A DNA stretch of 64,000 bases, from contig JBNKJS010000004.1 in NCBI GenBank assembly GCA_050291365.1, positions 84,307 to 148,306 of the forward strand. Reading direction: 5' to 3'. Shown one piece after another: positions 60,779 through 64,000 of this stretch. Each line of letters starts with the position of its first letter. The stretch's first letter is position 1. The position numbers were made by a program, and so were the translations under genes. The DNA is from Sedimenticolaceae bacterium (GTDB taxonomy: Bacteria > Pseudomonadota > Gammaproteobacteria > Chromatiales > Chromatiaceae). The notes beneath the pieces are model-generated. The model had not been told where the DNA came from and made no database searches. It was given only the letters and a program-made list of their open reading frames with translations.

Positions 60779-61996
60779 ATGCAATATGGAAAGTGGATTA
60801 TGCAATTTTGTGGCCATAATATCACCAAGATCCTCCTTCTGTATCTTTTATTGACATGCTCTCCCCAGCTCCATGCAGGTGAAAACAATGGGGTTGAAAT
60901 ATCCGGAGATCTGCGCAGCTATTTTTTTCAGCGCGACTTCAAGGATGGAACCACAGATCAGGAGTCTTTTGCCTTCGGTGGAATCTTACGCAGCCGTTTT
61001 CACCCCCACCCCAACATGACAGCCGGCTTATCTATCTATACATCCCAGGGCGCTAGTCTTAATGACAATAACAAGGATGTATACAATCTCCTGGCCATGG
61101 ACCCATCCGGTAACCACGAAAATTACACTGCAATGGGCGAGGCCTTTATTGAGCTTAGCTATGACTCATTGGATCTCAAACTGGGCAGACAGGAAATGAA
61201 TACCCCCTGGCTGAATCTGCACGATGTCCGCATGACCCCACAATCCTTTGATGCCGCAGCAATGAAGTGGAGCCCGAATGAAGATATAGACATTCATTTC
61301 TGTCATGTTGTAAGGATGAAATACAAAACCGATACCAAAGCTAGATCTATGTCTAAGACTGCCGGTTTCGGTGGTAATAAAGGGGTAAGCTGTTTTGGCC
61401 TAGAAAAATATGGAGAACTCGGTGTTCAGTTCTGGGGCTATCGCGCCCATGACTTATGGGATGATATATATCTGCGCATGGATTACAAACCAGTCGCTGA
61501 CAACTGGTATATCAACGTTCGCTATCTTAATCGCAACTCAATTGGTGACAAGTTGGCGGGCGATCAGGACAGCTGGCATGCCGGCATTGCTGGTAACATA
61601 ACGCTGGGAAACTTCGACATTCATGCCGCCTATTCCCAAAATGGAGAACACTCTATCCTGCGAAAATGGGGTCATGCCACTACCATATCTAATCAGGTGA
61701 TGGTGGCCGACAGGGCTAAAGAGGAGGCATGGCTGTTGGGCGTAAAATATACTCCCCCGTCCTCTCCAACGCTAAAGATGGGTGTTTCTATGGCCAGACA
61801 TGACACGCCAGACAGTGGAACCTATCAGTCCCCTGACAGAACTGAATACAACTTTGACCTAAACTATAGTTTGAATAAAGTGGTTCCAGGGCTGAGTTTA
61901 CGTGGACGCTATGCCTGGGTCGATGAGAGCGGCGCAGGGGCGGAAAATCTAGGTGATTTGCGTCTCTATTTGCGATATACCTTTGAGTTGGATTAG
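60779..61996 (+). CDS. OprD-family-like outer membrane porin
   Basis: 405 aa. Signal peptide (the alternative ATG at 60800 gives MQFCGHNITKILLLYLLLTCSPQLHA). GDLRSYFFQRDF and LKLGRQEMNTPWLNLHDVRMTPQSF match the OprD-family N-terminal strands, and the C-terminus has alternating beta-strand periodicity. Confidence 0.6.
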   Translation: MQYGKWIMQFCGHNITKILLLYLLLTCSPQLHAGENNGVEISGDLRSYFFQRDFKDGTTDQESFAFGGILRSRFHPHPNMTAGLSIYTSQGASLNDNNKDVYNLLAMDPSGNHENYTAMGEAFIELSYDSLDLKLGRQEMNTPWLNLHDVRMTPQSFDAAAMKWSPNEDIDIHFCHVVRMKYKTDTKARSMSKTAGFGGNKGVSCFGLEKYGELGVQFWGYRAHDLWDDIYLRMDYKPVADNWYINVRYLNRNSIGDKLAGDQDSWHAGIAGNITLGNFDIHAAYSQNGEHSILRKWGHATTISNQVMVADRAKEEAWLLGVKYTPPSSPTLKMGVSMARHDTPDSGTYQSPDRTEYNFDLNYSLNKVVPGLSLRGRYAWVDESGAGAENLGDLRLYLRYTFELD

Positions 61997-62005
61997 ATAT
62001 TGGAT

Positions 62006-64000
62006 ATGCCTCGAAACAACAACACCACAATAAGACAGCTATTCCTAATTCTGCTTAGTATTCTCTGTTTTTATTGCTCAGTTGCTGCTGTTGCCGCCAC
62101 TCCAAACAACATCGGCCTTACAGAAGAAGAGCTAAGCTGGCTAGAGCAACATTCAAAGATTCAAATTGGCATCATGAACTCATGGCCACCGATGGACTAT
62201 GTGGATGATTGGGGCAAACCACAGGGAATAGGTGTTAGATTCATCCAAGCACTTAACAAACGCCTTGGCGACCGATTAGTGATAATTCCTGGGTTATGGA
62301 AAGATGTTTTTATAGCAGCTAAGGAGAAGCGGCTTGATGCCTTAATGGATATTACTCCTCACTCTGATCGAGAGGAGTTTTTTCATTTTACCCGCCCCTA
62401 CATTGAAATCCCTCATCTCATTTTTACTCGCAAATATGAACCATATACAGGTTCTCTACAGGAACTTGCAGGGAAAATAGTTGCAGTAGAGCGTGAGTTT
62501 TTCCTAGTTAAGCTGCTGCAGGAAAAGTATCCGCAGATAACGATCAATACATATGACAGCACCAGCAAAGCTCTTGAAGCTCTCTCCAATGGCGAGGTGG
62601 ATGCCTATGTAGGGAACCGTGCCGTAGCTATGCATATCATAGAGAATGAATCTATTACCGACATCTCACCTGCTGGAAAGATAACAGAATCATCTTCTAT
62701 AAACGCTATTGGAATACGCAAGGACTGGCCCATTTTACGGGATATTCTGCAAAAAGCGCTTGACGATATTCCAGCTGCTGAGCGCAGTGCAATAATCGAC
62801 CCTCCAGATAGGACTGCCAAACAGGAAATTGAGGCAAAGAGATTCTTAAAACAGTTATCAACTGAAGAGAGGGATTGGCTGAATAAGCACAAACCCTTTC
62901 AGATTGCTGTAATGGATGGATGGCCACCCTTTAATTTTGTAGATGAAAATGGTGTCTCTACTGGTATAGGAATCGACTATCTCAACGCCCTCAATCGACG
63001 TCTGGGAGGTGTGTTACAACCTGTCCCAGGAGAATGGGAACGTATATACAATGACGTGGCAGAAAAACGCCTGGATGTGATAATGGACATCACACCAAAA
63101 CCTGAGCGTGAACCATACTTCCATTTCACCACCCCTTATCTCAAGGTTCCCCACGTCATTGTTGCCAGCAAGGATAGTGTCTTTCTGGAAACAGAAGTTT
63201 CGCTGCAAGGCAAAACCCTCGCACTGGAACAGGGTTTTGGCAATGTGATCTATTTCAAAAAAAACTATCCTGAGGTACAGCTGAAACTATATCCCAATAC
63301 AGTTTCAGCATTGGATGCGGTCTCCAGAGGAGATGCGGATGCCTACGCCGGCAACCGAGTTGTTGCTCTATATCTGATGGATAAACATTTCATCAATAAC
63401 CTGCGGGTACACGGCAGACTAACCAAGCCGGCATCAGCGTTGACACTTGGGGTACGCAAGGACTGGTCAATTTTGCGCGATATTCTGCAACGCGCATTGG
63501 ATGATGTCAGCAAAGAGGAACACAAGTATATTCTCAATCTATGGGTTACTGCACATGAAACCAAAGGCGCGCAACAAAGAAATTTAATGTTAACTGCGAA
63601 CGAGTTGAAGTGGCTGAATGAACACAGGAGTATTCGGCTAGGAGTGGATACCAGCTGGGCGCCAGTGGAATTCATCGATACTGATGGTGAATATAAAGGT
63701 CTTTCTGCTGATTATATGGCGATATTTGCTGAGCAGCTTGGCATCAACTGGGTAAAGCCTGAGAAAATAACCTGGTCAGAAGTACTGACGAAATTGAAAA
63801 ACAAGACCCTGGATGTCGCCCCCATGATATCGCGCACTCCAGAGCGTGAAACCTATCTTAATTACACCAAACCCCACCTTGATTTCCCTAGTGTCATTTT
63901 CAATAGACGTGGAAGCACCCAGTTGAGGGGGGTGGAGGATCTAGTAGGGACAAAAGTAGCCGCGGTAAAGGGCTACTCCATTACTAAAAAGTTGCGCAGT
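62006..64000 (+). CDS. Large periplasmic sensor protein with at least three tandem SBP_bac_3 (PBPb/Venus-flytrap) domains; 3' end beyond the window
   Basis: ATG 62006 is 9 nt after the porin stop, and the frame is open for 665 codons to the window edge. It is absent from the ORF track because no stop is reached. N-terminal signal/anchor (IRQLFLILLSILCFYCSVAAVAA), then three family-3 solute-binding domains of about 245 aa (W[PA]P..[FY], DxxMDITP..ERE..F.FT.PY, DAY.GNR, G[IV]RKDW.ILRDILQ.ALDD). Confidence 0.8.
   Translation, partial: MPRNNNTTIRQLFLILLSILCFYCSVAAVAATPNNIGLTEEELSWLEQHSKIQIGIMNSWPPMDYVDDWGKPQGIGVRFIQALNKRLGDRLVIIPGLWKDVFIAAKEKRLDALMDITPHSDREEFFHFTRPYIEIPHLIFTRKYEPYTGSLQELAGKIVAVEREFFLVKLLQEKYPQITINTYDSTSKALEALSNGEVDAYVGNRAVAMHIIENESITDISPAGKITESSSINAIGIRKDWPILRDILQKALDDIPAAERSAIIDPPDRTAKQEIEAKRFLKQLSTEERDWLNKHKPFQIAVMDGWPPFNFVDENGVSTGIGIDYLNALNRRLGGVLQPVPGEWERIYNDVAEKRLDVIMDITPKPEREPYFHFTTPYLKVPHVIVASKDSVFLETEVSLQGKTLALEQGFGNVIYFKKNYPEVQLKLYPNTVSALDAVSRGDADAYAGNRVVALYLMDKHFINNLRVHGRLTKPASALTLGVRKDWSILRDILQRALDDVSKEEHKYILNLWVTAHETKGAQQRNLMLTANELKWLNEHRSIRLGVDTSWAPVEFIDTDGEYKGLSADYMAIFAEQLGINWVKPEKITWSEVLTKLKNKTLDVAPMISRTPERETYLNYTKPHLDFPSVIFNRRGSTQLRGVEDLVGTKVAAVKGYSITKKLRS
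62117..64000 (+). repeat. Tandem in-frame coding repeat, period about 735-738 nt (three SBP-domain units starting near 62117, 62855 and 63590)
   Basis: Unit-to-unit similarity is visible at the DNA level. For example, 62716-62770 (CGCAAGGACTGGCCCATTTTACGGGATATTCTGCAAAAAGCGCTTGACGAT) resembles 63454-63506 (CGCAAGGACTGGTCAATTTTGCGCGATATTCTGCAACGCGCATTGGATGAT). I estimate about 40% protein identity between units 1 and 2. Confidence 0.75.

Noticed and set aside
62605-63675. Minus-strand ORFs 62605..62892 and 63343..63675 resemble each other (ISRKMGQSLRIPI versus ISRKIDQSLRTPS), which could be mistaken for a repeated small gene.
   Set aside because: The similarity is the antisense reflection of the tandem SBP-domain repeats in the long plus-strand ORF 62006..>64000, which has clear family-3 SBP motifs.
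1-64000. Search for CRISPR arrays, IS elements, toxin-antitoxin pairs and known defence-system signatures (nuclease/ATPase/RT/SIR2/TIR combinations).
   Set aside because: No regularly spaced direct repeats, no transposase or integrase ORFs, and no small overlapping two-gene cassettes were seen. All large ATPases and helicases present (DnaB, RadA, DeaD, HrpA, FleQ/FleR, LolD) are housekeeping types in conserved contexts.

Overview
This 64 kb window (roughly 50% GC by eye) looks like core chromosome of a flagellated Gram-negative bacterium, almost certainly a gammaproteobacterium. The gene order matches the Pseudomonas type: fleQ-fleS-fleR-fliE; rpsF-rpsR-membrane gene-rplI-dnaB-alr; pcnB-folK-...-panBCD; exbB-exbD-lpxK-ycaR-kdsB; comEC/DUF2062/lolCD. 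I cannot name the organism. The c4, c' and b561 cytochromes plus a large glycogen cluster are reminiscent of marine chemolithotrophs, but that is only an impression.

Contents, left to right:
- Flagellar sigma-54 regulatory cascade with two readable -24/-12 promoters.
- A small cluster of c-di-GMP/PilZ-type proteins.
- radA-alr-dnaB and the ribosomal protein S6/S18/L9 genes.
- An AT-rich orphan gene.
- Convergent RNA helicase genes deaD and hrpA.
- A LysR regulator and an orphan histidine kinase.
- A VPLPA/PEP-CTERM-type secreted protein.
- A divergent ChaN-PDZ lipoprotein / M1-like peptidase pair.
- A diheme cytochrome c.
- An 11 kb glycogen/glucose cluster (galU, malQ, GH57, glgC, glgB, pgi, glgA).
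- panDCB, a deoxynucleoside kinase, folK and pcnB.
- A stand-alone tRNA-Glu(CUC) followed by AT-rich orphan DNA.
- The kdsB-lpxK-exbBD cluster, comEC, and a single-permease Lol system.
- A stand-alone CZB zinc-sensor-type protein next to cytochrome b561 and cytochrome c'.
- An OprD-like porin cotranscribed with a large periplasmic sensor that has at least three tandem solute-binding domains and runs off the right edge.

I see no CRISPR array, transposase, integrase, prophage or recognisable defence genes. I do not see a clear-cut novel system. The best candidates for unexplored biology are:
- the porin plus triple-SBP sensor operon;
- the CZB / cytochrome c' / b561 neighbourhood;
- the ChaN-PDZ / M1-like peptidase pair;
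- the PilZ-like protein next to fleQ;
- the AT-rich phospholipase-C-like orphan;
- an apparent non-canonical start codon for pcnB.

All family assignments come from motif recognition by eye, not from database searches. The supplied ORF track uses TTG/GTG as well as ATG starts and always takes the longest ORF, so I re-set several starts.
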